DNA from: Prorocentrum cordatum
Lineage: Eukaryota
Direction: 5' to 3'
Length of the DNA: 64,000 nt
Assembly: GCA_963575745.1 (NCBI GenBank)
Contig: CAUYUJ010000225.1
Location: 558,001-622,000 of the forward strand
Below are positions 25,700 to 36,900 of the stretch, piece by piece. A program made the translations under genes and the position numbers. The notes beneath the pieces were generated by a model. That model had not been told where the DNA came from, did no database searches, and was given only the letters and a program-made list of their open reading frames with translations. Positions within the stretch are counted from its first letter, which is position 1; every line of letters begins with the position of its first letter.

Positions 25700-28600
25700 A
25701 TGCCGCGCCTGGCGCCGCGCGGCTGGTGGGCGGCAGCGTCGCCGCCCGCGGGCGCGCAGCTGCGCAGAGGTGGGGGGCCTGGGCGCCGAGCGGCGCCGGC
25801 TCACGCCAGCCGCGGAGCACCCAGAGGCGAGGCGGCATCCGTCGAGGCGGGGCCGCCGAACCCCCCCGACGAGCCAGCAGCCAGGCGCGAGCCCGCGCCG
25901 GCGCTGGCGCAGTGCCAGGCGGGGGCCGCGGGTTGCGCGTGCGCGCCGGGGCCCGCCTGGAGGAGCTGCCCCAAGGCCCAGACGCCGCCGCCGGTCGGCC
26001 GGCGCCGTGGGCGCGCGGCAGCCCTGATGCTGATCCTCGCGATGACCGTCGGGATCGTCGATGCCGACGCCGATGCCGAGTCCGCGTACTACGACGACAA
26101 CGTGGACATGAGGGAGTTCTGGCTCGATGCGCCCGTGGACCCCTCGATGCACGTGGGCGCGCCGCCGGACGGGGTCTCCCCTACCGGCGGGCGCGCTGCG
26201 CCTGCAGGAAGCAGCGGAGGGGGAACGCCGCGCGAGCGCTCCGCGCCGCCGGCTGGGCCCCCTCCCCAGGACCCGACCCACCCACCCCCCGACCCCCCCG
26301 ATGGGGATCCATCGTCCTGGATCAGAGGTTGGGGTCTTTTCGGCATCAGCTGGAAGGACATCGGCAACCGCACCTACTGGTTTGCCGAGGGGATGGGTGG
26401 GGGTACCTTCAGGGCCGTGGGGAGCTTCAGGTCTGCCTTCTCGACTCGCGAGGCAGGAGGTTGGCTTAGCTCAGAAGGTGGCTGGGTGCTCTACATGACG
26501 GACCAGATGGGCCTCACCCTGTTCGGCTCCGCGTGGCCGCTGATCGCCGGGCTCGTGGCGGTCTTCGCCGGCACCGGGATGGTCGCGCTCTTGGCCCACA
26601 GCCTGAGGACGCTCTTCGCACCCTGTAGCTGGGCGGCTTGGACCTGCGGCTTGGTGCTGGCATGCTGCCCTTGCCCGAGGCGCCGTACGCCTGGCGAAGT
26701 CAAGCTCGACAAGCTGGTTCCGCCGGCGGCCCCGCCGCTCACCGACGTGGTGTGGCATGGGCCGACTACCGGGGCCGACCCGACGACTGACTGGTATCGC
26801 AAGAGCATCAAGGAAGGCCGGGGCTCCAAGCGCGGCCAGAACGACCTCATGATCCGGGTGGACTACAGGGTTGCCCGGCTCAAGCTCAACATGAAGTCTC
26901 CTGAACGTATCAACCGCCAAGGATTGTGGGTGGAATACGATTGCGTGAAGGGTGCCAGCGACAAGAGCTTCCGGCGCGAGCTGGAGCAGCGGGATCCTCG
27001 CTGGCTTCACCTGTGCCGCTCTTCGAGCTGTACTGGGTGCAAGGGGCGCGAGAACGAGCTGCATTGCAAGGAGTACGCGGCCCTCGACAACGAAGCCATC
27101 GTAGACCTCGGTGACTACTCGAGGTTCACACCCTGCCGGATCTTCGTCTGGCTCTGGAGGGGGACGGGCCTTGTCTACAAGTTGCTACTGTACATCCTCT
27201 CGTGGTGCTCATGTTGTGGGGCATGCCTCTGCCGCCGGCGCCGCCGCCGTCCTAAGACTGGCGATGCGGAGCCTGGCGTGCAGGGGTCAGTGGCAAGGCT
27301 ACTTGACCAGGAGTCCGAGTCCGAGGTAGATGCCGAGGACAACCCTTGCGAGGCAGTGAAAGTGGGGCTCATGATCAAGGGTAAGATGCGCCCACTGGCT
27401 CCCGAGGGTTGTCGAGACGCTGCGCGAGGGGACCCTACTGTGCTGCTGGTGGAGGACGGGCGGGCCTCGGACCTCCCTCTCCCAAGTGAGGGGAGCGCAA
27501 CGGCCTGCCTCTGCGAGCATCACCGGCAGATCTACATGGTCCTGCGCTACGGCGAGAAGTGCTCTCAGGTGACCTGCTTCCGGGAAGCGGTGGGCATGGC
27601 CTCAGGGGTTCCTCTCTGTCTGCAACACCTTGGGGGTGACGCAGCCCGTGCAATACACGACAACCCAGCAGGAGTCGGGTTCTTCGCAGGACTACGGCGC
27701 CGAGCTCGGCGGAGTCCTGCAGCACGGAGCCGCACACCAGAGCGGGCAGCTGCCGCCCCAGCCAGGAGCCGCACTCCAGAGCGCACCGCACCCCCGCCCT
27801 CTGCGCGAGAGGCGCCTTCCAGCCCTGGCGACCCCGTCCCGTCGCCGGCTGGGCCACCGAGCGTGCGCTTCGAAGCGCCGCCGGTTCCGGGCTTCCCCCA
27901 GCCGCCAACTCAGCCGCCTATGCCCCTTGGACAACATTTCATTCTACGGGCGAGGGTGCATTGGCCCGAGGGGGCGCAGTGGATGATTTTCAGAGGGAAA
28001 GCAGTCGATGCCGTCGCGGCCAGCACGGTGGCCGACTACTTCGACGGTGCGCTGGCGCTCGAGGTGGCAGACCCAGCAGGCGTCGCCATCCGCTTCCTCG
28101 TGAAGCCCGACGGCGTCATCCGTGCGCCGTCTCCAGGACCCTCCGGACGCCTACCCGCAGGGTTCATCGAGGAGCTGCTCCACCACGCACCCCTGGGATG
28201 CGAGGAGCTCGGCATCGGCGTCTCGGCGACCAACGTACCCGAGAAGGTTTGGCACAAGCTGGCAACTTGGCATGGTCTGCCCGTGGGTGGCCGAGCTGGC
28301 CCACTCAGCGAGGCACGCTGGCGGCTGCTCAAGGAGAAGGTGGTCGACCTAGTCAAGTGGCACCCTGAGGGGGGCGTGGCACCCAGTCCAAGCTTCGAGG
28401 CGCAGGCCACCGAGGCGGACGCCAAGCTGCGCAGCCATTGGCGGCGGCTCGATCGCAGCAGCTCGCCCAGGCCGCCCTCGGGGTCAACAAGAAGGAACTC
28501 TCGTTCGCCGTCAGCCGAGGGCGGACGAGCAGCCAGCTCTGAGGCGCCCGCGTCAGGAGAGAGTCATCAGGGAGATGAGGGAGGAGACATGATGGCCTGC

Positions 28601-30991
28601 TACTTGGAGGAGAAGGCCCGTGGGTCAAGCGATGCGGCCGCTGTGCAGAGCGTGGCTGCTGGCTTCGGTGAGGAAGCCCAGCAGGTGCTCGCCGGCCTCA
28701 TCCGATATGCTCGATACCTCAAGCAGCAGACGAATGAGCCTGAGGAGCTCGTACGACTGGATGGGCACATTGGCAACTGGGAGGTGCTCCAGCAGGTGCC
28801 CTCGCGACCACAGACCCCAGAGGCATCGCCTAGCAGCCTCCAAGAGCTCCTCAAGCTCTCACCCGAGCACCACCGCTCACAGGGGCCGCCGGCCTCCACG
28901 GCCGACAGCGCGCCCCTGTTCGAAGCACATCCATCACTCTCGCCAGCGGTCGTCCTGCCGGCCTTCCCCGTCGGACAACGGGACGCCGGCCTCCCAGCTA
29001 CCACGGCTGGGTTGGGCCCGGTCGTCCGCCCCCAGGCGCCGAACATCAGGTCCCTGTTTTGCTACGACCAGCACGTCAGTGACTTGGGCCTGCCTCCAGG
29101 TTTGACCACAGCACCAGCACGCTACGCTGCTGGGGCCCGAGAGGACAGTGGGGGTGCCGACCCGTTCGGCCTCGTGCAGCCCGGGGCAGCGCTGGACGCG
29201 AACACCGCCAGGATGCTCCACGCGTTAGAGGGGGTTGCCAACGCCCGGCAGGGCGACAAGGCAGCTCCGCGTGGGACAGTGGCGGCGCTGGGTCGGGCCG
29301 AGGAGTTGGACGTCTACCTGGCGCGCGGCTGCGGCCAGCTGACCGTGGAGGTCTGCGACGAGGTCCTCGGACGCGAGCTGTTCTACGCTCTGCGCCGGAC
29401 CTGCGAGCAGAACAAGGCCCTCATGCTCGCCGTCGAGACGCCCACCACGGTGTCCAACCGGATCGCAATGGCGTGCGCCTCGCTCAGCTTCGGCGGCAGC
29501 AGCCTGGACAACCTGGCCCCGTGGTCGGCATCTGTGGCGGACTTCCCGACCTGCAAGACGATCGCGTTCGACAGGTACAGCGCGCCACACGACACCAAGC
29601 TGGAGCCCAGGCCCAGGGCCCCCGTGGTCTTCGACCAGTGGAAGCGGCAGGCCCAGAACATGACCAGGTTCTTCGGGCTTGTCTTCGGGCGGGAGCACGT
29701 CAAGGAGCGCCTGGACTGCCTGGAGACTCTCGCACGGGAGTGTGAGAAGGACGACCGCGCCTTCCCGCCCAAGTTCGTCTACGAGTTGTGGGAAGAGCTG
29801 TGGGCGACCTGGTGCGAGCGGCTCCGAGACAAGAAACGAAGCCTCCTGCGCATGCTGCAGACGGACAACCCCAGGAAGGAGGACCTCAAGATGGTGGCCT
29901 TTGCTCCCAGGCCGGACGGACGCCCAGCTTTCGTCTTCCCTAACGTCTTCGACCTCGAGTCTCCCACAGGCTATTACCAAGAGGTCGTACGCCCGCGACA
30001 GCAGCGCTACCTTCAGACCGTCCTCAACGACTCGATGCACGGGGTGCGTGGCGCCCCGGGCAAAGCTGGGGAGGTCCGAGGAGGGGGAGAAGAACCAGCC
30101 GCCGAGCCTCAGGAACAGCGCGCTGGTGCCACCCCCAAGAGGAAGCCCAAGGCCAAGGCCCAGCCGAAGGCCAGCTCCGCACGGGCCGCGTACCCTGCGG
30201 GCAAGCGGCTGAACGCCCAGGAGATCAAGCTGTCGGTCCGGCATGCGCCCTGCGACAAGCAGGGCAAGCCGCTCTGCTGGGACAACTCGACCTGGATAGG
30301 TTGCAAGAAAGGAACTGCGGGGTGCTCACACTCGCACGAGCTTATCAAAGGGCTGAAGGACGTGCACTGGACCGTGCAGTGCCAGCTCCTCAGGCGGGGA
30401 GGGCTCCGCAACGCCACCAAGATCGACCCGGCGTCGGTCAACGGGAGAATTGCACAGCTGAGGGCCCAGGCGAAGACCGAGGCGGACAGCAAACGGGCTG
30501 CAGGCGCTGGCGCGGCGGAGAGCCAACCTTCCAAGACGGGTTGGGCGCCACCCGACGAGTACGCCGAGGTCCAGTGCACCGAGCTGGAGTCAGAGCTTCG
30601 AGAAGCCGCTCAGGGGCCCGATGCGACCTGGCTCGAGGACCCGCGGGCCAACAGCCCGGCCCTGATCGGGACGAGTGTCTGCGCAGACGAGGGAGCTCTG
30701 GCCCAGCGGAAGCTGCTCGAGGCCGTCCAAGAGAGCGGGGCACTCGACCCCGTGAGCCATGCCAGTGACTACATGCGGTCGCACGTCTTGGCGCGTCTCG
30801 CGTGCGCCCGCGGGCGCGGGGAGGAGCTTTCGGTTGAGCAGGTGCTCCTCGAGGCGACGAGCCAAGGCGGACCCACCTTGGCCGCCGAAGCTAGCGAGCT
30901 GCTGGACCGCCTTGGGGCGAAGGCTGGCAACCTGGGAGCCGACCCCGATGTCATCATAACGCCAGTGAGGTGGGCGCTGAGAAATCGGTAG
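25700..30991 (+). CDS. Retrotransposon ORF1, gag-like (hydrophobic/TM segments, Cys/His zinc motifs, CCCH finger)
   Basis: Long open frame; the track start at 25196 lies outside the element and the true start is uncertain (ATGs at 25448, 25700, 26027). CCCH motif CWDNSTWIGC-KKGTAG-C-SHS-H at ~30275-30337. Further motifs HLCRSSSC...HC and CEHH...CSQVTC...CLQH. Confidence 0.85.
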   Translation: MPRLAPRGWWAAASPPAGAQLRRGGGPGRRAAPAHASRGAPRGEAASVEAGPPNPPDEPAARREPAPALAQCQAGAAGCACAPGPAWRSCPKAQTPPPVGRRRGRAAALMLILAMTVGIVDADADAESAYYDDNVDMREFWLDAPVDPSMHVGAPPDGVSPTGGRAAPAGSSGGGTPRERSAPPAGPPPQDPTHPPPDPPDGDPSSWIRGWGLFGISWKDIGNRTYWFAEGMGGGTFRAVGSFRSAFSTREAGGWLSSEGGWVLYMTDQMGLTLFGSAWPLIAGLVAVFAGTGMVALLAHSLRTLFAPCSWAAWTCGLVLACCPCPRRRTPGEVKLDKLVPPAAPPLTDVVWHGPTTGADPTTDWYRKSIKEGRGSKRGQNDLMIRVDYRVARLKLNMKSPERINRQGLWVEYDCVKGASDKSFRRELEQRDPRWLHLCRSSSCTGCKGRENELHCKEYAALDNEAIVDLGDYSRFTPCRIFVWLWRGTGLVYKLLLYILSWCSCCGACLCRRRRRRPKTGDAEPGVQGSVARLLDQESESEVDAEDNPCEAVKVGLMIKGKMRPLAPEGCRDAARGDPTVLLVEDGRASDLPLPSEGSATACLCEHHRQIYMVLRYGEKCSQVTCFREAVGMASGVPLCLQHLGGDAARAIHDNPAGVGFFAGLRRRARRSPAARSRTPERAAAAPARSRTPERTAPPPSAREAPSSPGDPVPSPAGPPSVRFEAPPVPGFPQPPTQPPMPLGQHFILRARVHWPEGAQWMIFRGKAVDAVAASTVADYFDGALALEVADPAGVAIRFLVKPDGVIRAPSPGPSGRLPAGFIEELLHHAPLGCEELGIGVSATNVPEKVWHKLATWHGLPVGGRAGPLSEARWRLLKEKVVDLVKWHPEGGVAPSPSFEAQATEADAKLRSHWRRLDRSSSPRPPSGSTRRNSRSPSAEGGRAASSEAPASGESHQGDEGGDMMACYLEEKARGSSDAAAVQSVAAGFGEEAQQVLAGLIRYARYLKQQTNEPEELVRLDGHIGNWEVLQQVPSRPQTPEASPSSLQELLKLSPEHHRSQGPPASTADSAPLFEAHPSLSPAVVLPAFPVGQRDAGLPATTAGLGPVVRPQAPNIRSLFCYDQHVSDLGLPPGLTTAPARYAAGAREDSGGADPFGLVQPGAALDANTARMLHALEGVANARQGDKAAPRGTVAALGRAEELDVYLARGCGQLTVEVCDEVLGRELFYALRRTCEQNKALMLAVETPTTVSNRIAMACASLSFGGSSLDNLAPWSASVADFPTCKTIAFDRYSAPHDTKLEPRPRAPVVFDQWKRQAQNMTRFFGLVFGREHVKERLDCLETLARECEKDDRAFPPKFVYELWEELWATWCERLRDKKRSLLRMLQTDNPRKEDLKMVAFAPRPDGRPAFVFPNVFDLESPTGYYQEVVRPRQQRYLQTVLNDSMHGVRGAPGKAGEVRGGGEEPAAEPQEQRAGATPKRKPKAKAQPKASSARAAYPAGKRLNAQEIKLSVRHAPCDKQGKPLCWDNSTWIGCKKGTAGCSHSHELIKGLKDVHWTVQCQLLRRGGLRNATKIDPASVNGRIAQLRAQAKTEADSKRAAGAGAAESQPSKTGWAPPDEYAEVQCTELESELREAAQGPDATWLEDPRANSPALIGTSVCADEGALAQRKLLEAVQESGALDPVSHASDYMRSHVLARLACARGRGEELSVEQVLLEATSQGGPTLAAEASELLDRLGAKAGNLGADPDVIITPVRWALRNR

Positions 30992-33900
30992 GTCAAGGCT
31001 CCGTCACAGTGCAAGGCCATACTTGGCGCTACCTCGACTACCAGGACCAGCTGCCTTTGGACGAGTGCATCGCCAAGCGATTACAGGTGGCCGCCGGTGT
31101 TTCAGAAGAGCGGCAGTGTCTCCCACTTCACCTGGCAGCCGCCAAGCTTTGGGTACATCTGGAGACTCCACCCGACGCCCAGCAGGTCAAGGACCTGGCC
31201 CTCGAGATCCGCAGGGACCTCCTGGAGAAGGCTACCGACGCAGCCGCAGGTCTCGCCGATGCCCCGCCCTGGATATCTCCCAGGGAAGCCGAGGTCCGGA
31301 TGCACATCCACGACGCAGTGCATCGCGACCACGACAAAGATTTCCGATGCGTCGCCCTCTTCCCATGCGAAGCCTTGGAGGAGGTGGTGCTTAGAGTATG
31401 GCGTGCAGACCACTGGGGTCATTTGGATATCGATACGGTCCTCCCCGTGGGAGAGCCCAAGCAGGAGTGCCACGTGATTATCCATCGCGGGCATATGCGT
31501 GTCCTCCACCCACCGCCCGGGGCCGACGGCCGGCGAGTAGCGGACGAGCTCATCCGCACCTGGGCCACGAGCGGGAAGGACCTCAAGGAGCTCCCCACCA
31601 TGGGCTGGGAGACGTACCTCGCCTCGGAGGAGGATGGCAGCCCGGTGGTGGCCAGCAAGCCCCCCCCATGCCAGCATTGCAGAGCCTTGGCAGCACAGCA
31701 GCAGCAGCGTGGGAGAGCCGCCGGCGGTGTAACCGCCGCGGTCGAGCTCCCCACCGAGGTGGAGTGTCCAGACTTCGGGGACTTGGAGCCCCTGCGATGG
31801 AGGCCAGCGTTCGCATGGGGGCTCAGGACGCGGGAGATTTTCGCCGGGACTGGGCGTTGGACGCAGGCCATGAAGGATGCGGGCATCGCCACCAGCGAGT
31901 CTGTCGAGTACTTCGGGCAGCCGTTGCTCGGCAAGGACCCCCGGCCACAGTTCGACATACGCGACCCACTGGTACGAGAGCGCCTGTACCAGGAGTTCAG
32001 CGCGCCCCCTGGCCCCGACGAGGCCAACGTGCTGCAGTTCGCCCCACCCTGCGTGAGCCATTGCCCCTGGCAGTTGGCGGCAGGAGGGACGAGGACTTTC
32101 GAGTGCCCAGATGGAACCGGGGAGCGGCAGATCGAGATCGACGGCAACATATTCGGGGAGTTCGCGTGCATCGGGGCGAAGAGGGGCTACGAAGCGGGAC
32201 GAGAGTTCCTCATCGAGTCGTCAGCACGGGATGGGCGGTACCCCAAGCTGTGGGATCGCCCCTGCATGCGGACCTTGATGCGCGCGACGGGAGCCCGGGT
32301 TCTCGCCATAGACATGTGCGAGTGGGGGCTTGCACCACCGGACGAGCCACAGCATCGGTATCAGAAGCGGACCTGGTGGTTGGCATCACTTGGTCTCTAC
32401 CCCTATGCCTTGATTCTAGCCAGGAGGTGCACAGGCCATCACATGCACCGCACGTTGGAGGGCGGCCTACCGTATGATCTAACGGACGCCCAGGTAGAAG
32501 CCTACAACCTTGATGCTCGCACGCGGCTCAGTAAAGCCGAGGCCAGCGAATTGATCAACCTCAGCACCAAACTGAGCGAAGCCGGCGAGTACTACGGCCT
32601 CGACAGCGACGGGGTCACCGTCACACTGCCCCCGGACGACAAGCTGATCCGCGTGAACCAGCTCATCGCGCGAGCTGCCCCAGACAATTTCCACTGGGCG
32701 AGGATCGATTTCCGCACCAAGCGGCACTACTCCGCCTTGCCGGAGAGCCAGTGGGCCCTCTACTTCGGCAAGACCCCCGAGGGCGAGCTCCGCTTCACCC
32801 TCGGCAAGCAGGCCCCGTCCAACCTGGAAGGTGGAGGACGTGTTCCCAGCGGTACTCCCCAGCTCAGTGCAGCGGTAAAAGGAGAGTTGGGAAGCGCAGG
32901 CTTCGGGCTGGGATTGCGGGGCATGCGGAGGACCCAGCACGCAGGGCAATATGCACCGCGGCTGTGCGCTGCCTGGGCAGCCGTGCTCAAAGCAGCGGCT
33001 GCCGGCACCGCCCCAGAGAAGCTGGAACAACAGATCGCCGCTATGGATGCCGAGGCGCGGGCTTTGGAGGAGAAGTTGGAAGACAAGGTGGCGCGGGCCA
33101 GGCGCTATGACGCCCTGGAACAAGAACCCCCCCCCTCTTTTCAGCCTCCGACCTGTGCGGGAGAGGGCGGCGGCACCGCAGATGGGGCCACCGACGAGCA
33201 CGAGCATAGCGTGAAATGCGGCAGCCTGGAGCAGAGCGCCAACACCTGCTGCCTACCTCATTCGATATGGAGAAGCTCAATGGAGGTCGAATTCGAGGGG
33301 GGCTCAAAGGGCCACCAGGGAGGTGGTCGTTCAAAGGACGGCTACCTGGAGAGGAACGAGGCGGAGGCGGATGGCCTAAGCTCAAAGGGCGAAGGCCGAG
33401 GTGAGGAAGAGGTGGAGGTGGAGACCGACGGCGAGCCAGCCATAACCACATGGGGTGGCGACGAGAAGCGTGGTGGCAGACGAGGTGGCAAGCGAGGGGG
33501 CTGGAAGCGCAACAAGGCGCGCAAGCGTGAAGCACGCGAAACTGCTGCTCGCGGAGGTGGCGGATCTGGCGGAGGTGGCGATGATGACGGCGACGGGGAC
33601 GAGAGCCCCGAGGAGGAAGAGGAGGAGAACCGCCGCCAGAAGAAGGCGAGGGAAGCCGAGGACGAGGCGTCGCGGGCCAGCCCGGTGCGGGTCTTCGTCC
33701 CGCAGCAGGGGGACCAGTGGGTGTTGCTCAAGGGGGGCCCGTTCGAGGCTGGAGAGGTTAAGGCAAGGTTAAGGGTCGCCGAGACACTGTCCGGGGGCTT
33801 CTTCGACGCCGACCAGTTGTACCTCTTCGAGTACACAGAGGATGACGATACTGCAGGGGCATATGGGCCACCTCTCGACGACGAGGAAGCGGTGCGCCCC

Positions 33901-36900
33901 GGCGAGAAGTTGCCGCTGTGGGCCACGCTGAAGCCGCCCAAGGAATGGACCAGTTGGAGCCCCCGGTGGAACCGGGACCAACAACCCGCACCTGGGGCCA
34001 CAGCCCAGGAGGGTCAGCGGAGAGTCACGGCCAGGATTGCTGATAGAGCGGCAGCAGCAGCAGCAGCGCCGGCAAGGCCGAGCGGGGCCGCAGCGAGCTC
34101 AGCAACCGGCAGTGGCCGCCAGCCAGCCCCAACGTTCAGCGAAGTGGCGGCAGCAGCGGGCGGCGCCCGAGCGAGCTCGGTACCCCCGTCCAGCGGTGGC
34201 ACTTCGAGGAGTTCAGGCGCTTTGATGCGAGTCGAGGAACAGCTCGCTGAAGCTCAGGGGCAGCATGCCCGAGCAGCGAGCGAGGGCGGCGACCAGGAGC
34301 TGAGCGCGGCGCGCGTGGTAGGACAGCTGGAGATCAGGCGCAACGAGGTCCAGGCCCGCCGCGCTGCCCGGCTCGAGCGCGAGGCGCGCCGGCGGGAGCG
34401 CGAGGACCAGAGGGCCTCCAGCGCACCCCCAGAGCCCCACAGCCCACAGGTGCCCACGGAGGCCCCTCCTCCGCCCGAGGCGGAGGAGGACCCAGAGACC
34501 ACCTCGGAGGAGATGGGACGCCGGGTTGCCGAGGCGCACCCGGGCGTAGCCTGCCGTGGGGGGGTCCACAAGTGCAACGCTGCTCGACGATTCGTCAAGA
34601 ACTTCAACGACGTGCGGAGGGGTGGCAAGAGCCACGACCTGCAGCATGCTGATATCCTGTATCTGAACGGGATCGGGCAGATCAGCGACGTCTTGATGCA
34701 GGCATATCCCGGGGCCGACCCGACGGACCCATCCCTGCCGCCGGAGCCTCGCCAGCTCGGCGAGATCCTGGCGCGCTACGTGGAGGAGCACGAGACGTTG
34801 AAGCTCAAGATGACGAGCTTAGGCATTCCACGAGACGAACAGGCCGGTGGTGGAATCCTGGACCCCATCTACGTCGCGACTGAGAAGACTTACGTCGAGG
34901 AGTACGAGGGTCGGGATGTCCCAAGCGCTCGCAGCCGCAGCCGCCGGCGGAGTGGAGGAGCAGCCCCCTCTGGGGGAATGAAGCCCCCCGGGGGCACTCC
35001 TGGCGACTCAGAGTCATCTGCCTCCGAGACGATGGCCCCTGACACCCGAGGCCGGCTGCGAGCGAGGTCGCCCCAGGATGAGAGCCGGGGGCGCGGCTCC
35101 GCCCCGGACCCGAGGGATCCAGGGCGCAGGTGCGGAGGCCCTGAGGTGCCGCCGGCGGACACCCGCCGAGGCGCGCACCAGAAGGGCTGTGCGGAGGCAC
35201 ACCAGGACGAGAGTCGATCATCGCCGGTGACACCCCGGCCTGGCACCTCCGAGGCCAAGGAGTACTTGCACTGGTGCCTGGAGCATGCTGAGTTTGCTCC
35301 CGAGCTGGTGAAAGAGGTGACGGATCTGGGGAACCGCCTGCTACTCGCCGCAGGGAGCGTGGAGGCAGCAGCAGCGAGGCTCCGCGAGGAACGGGAGCTC
35401 GCCCTCGGGAACCCGCTCGGGGGAGTGCTCGATCCCGAGTTCGGCGAGGCGCTCGAGGAGGATCACCGGCTGTACCTCCAGGAGATGGCGAGCAGGGGCG
35501 TCCCCGTTCGGAGGCAGCAGCCCAGGCGCCGAACTATAGCCAAGCCCCACGCTTCCGCGAGGGACCATGCCCTGGAGATGTACGCCAAGGCCTGGAAGGA
35601 CACGTCCTACGGCGCCGTGCTCTGGGCCACTCCGGAGGCCGAGGCCGCCCTGTCCGCTTCCGAGCTCATCGAGAGCCCGTCAGGGCGTGTGCCTAAGATG
35701 TTGCCGGACCGCACAGTGAGCAGCGAGGGACGCCCCATACATGATATGAGGGTTGCCAATGGAGACTCGCCCAAAGAGCTGCATCCGCCAGCGCTCCAGC
35801 CCAAGCACGAAGCTCTTGTGCGCCTGTCACTCTGGTGGTCCGCACGCCACCCGGGCGTCCCGCAGGTGATAGCCAAGCGGGACGTGTCGCGGGCCTTCAA
35901 GTGGCACTGGGTGCGCGACGAGGACGTGGCCGAGTTTGGCACCTCCCTCCCCGGCGACGCCGTGGGTCTGACCACGCGCGTGATCATGATCCACTGCGTG
36001 ATGGTCTTCGGGTGGTCGGGGTCGCCGGGCGAGTACATGGCGTTCGCCTGGAGTGCCAAGTGGGACCACGAGCGGCGCCGCCCACCAGACCCAGCGGTCA
36101 ACGACACAGTGCGCTGGTCGTCCAAGTGGCTGATGGACGACGGCGTCTTGGTCGAGCCGCTGGTCGGCCTTCGGCCCTGGCTCAGCGCAGCCGACTGCGA
36201 CGCGAGCATGCGGCGCGTCTGGGGCGACGACGCGATCAACGTCGACAAGATGGCAGAGGAGGGCACTTTCCAGGCAGAGCAGCTGGTCTGGGGCCTATAC
36301 TTGGATGTAGACAAGCAGCGCTCGAGGCTCCCCGAGCCCAAGTGCGTGAAAGCCGCCCACCTCTTGGCGATCGACGAGCTTCGCTATGGATGCCGACGGG
36401 TTCCCATCAAAGTCGCCCAGGAGCTGAGGGGGTCGGCCCAGTTCTGGGTGGCTACGCAGCCGGCTATCAAGCCCGAGCTGCCGGTCATTGACCGCCTCCT
36501 CGGCGGTGGGCTCAGCGCAGCCTGGGCGGAACCCCGAGGTAGCGCTGAGGAGGTCGCCCTTGCCTGGGACGAGTGGGACCAGACCCTTGAGCTGCTGCGG
36601 GTGCTCTTCGACGCACCCGAGGCCTGGGCGCCCACTTTCGAGGCGAGCTTCATTTCCTGTCCAGGGCCGCGCGAGCGCCTGGCACTCCCAGGGGCCGCCG
36701 CCCGGACGAGATGGACTGGGGGGGGCGCAACCACGACGACCATCGGCAGCATCGACTGGGGGCGGGCAGTGGCCGGCAGCAAAGCGATGCCACCTCACTA
36801 CATGGCCGTGGACGCCGCCCCGCTCCTACGCCAGCTGGAGGACGTGCTGAGCCACCCAGGGGCCGAGAAAGATTGGGCGATCGCCATCGTGGAGCTGCTC

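Noticed and set aside
32467..32920. Intein in the methyltransferase
   Set aside because: No N-terminal Cys/Ser block A, no His-Asn-Cys/Ser/Thr C-terminus, no LAGLIDADG.
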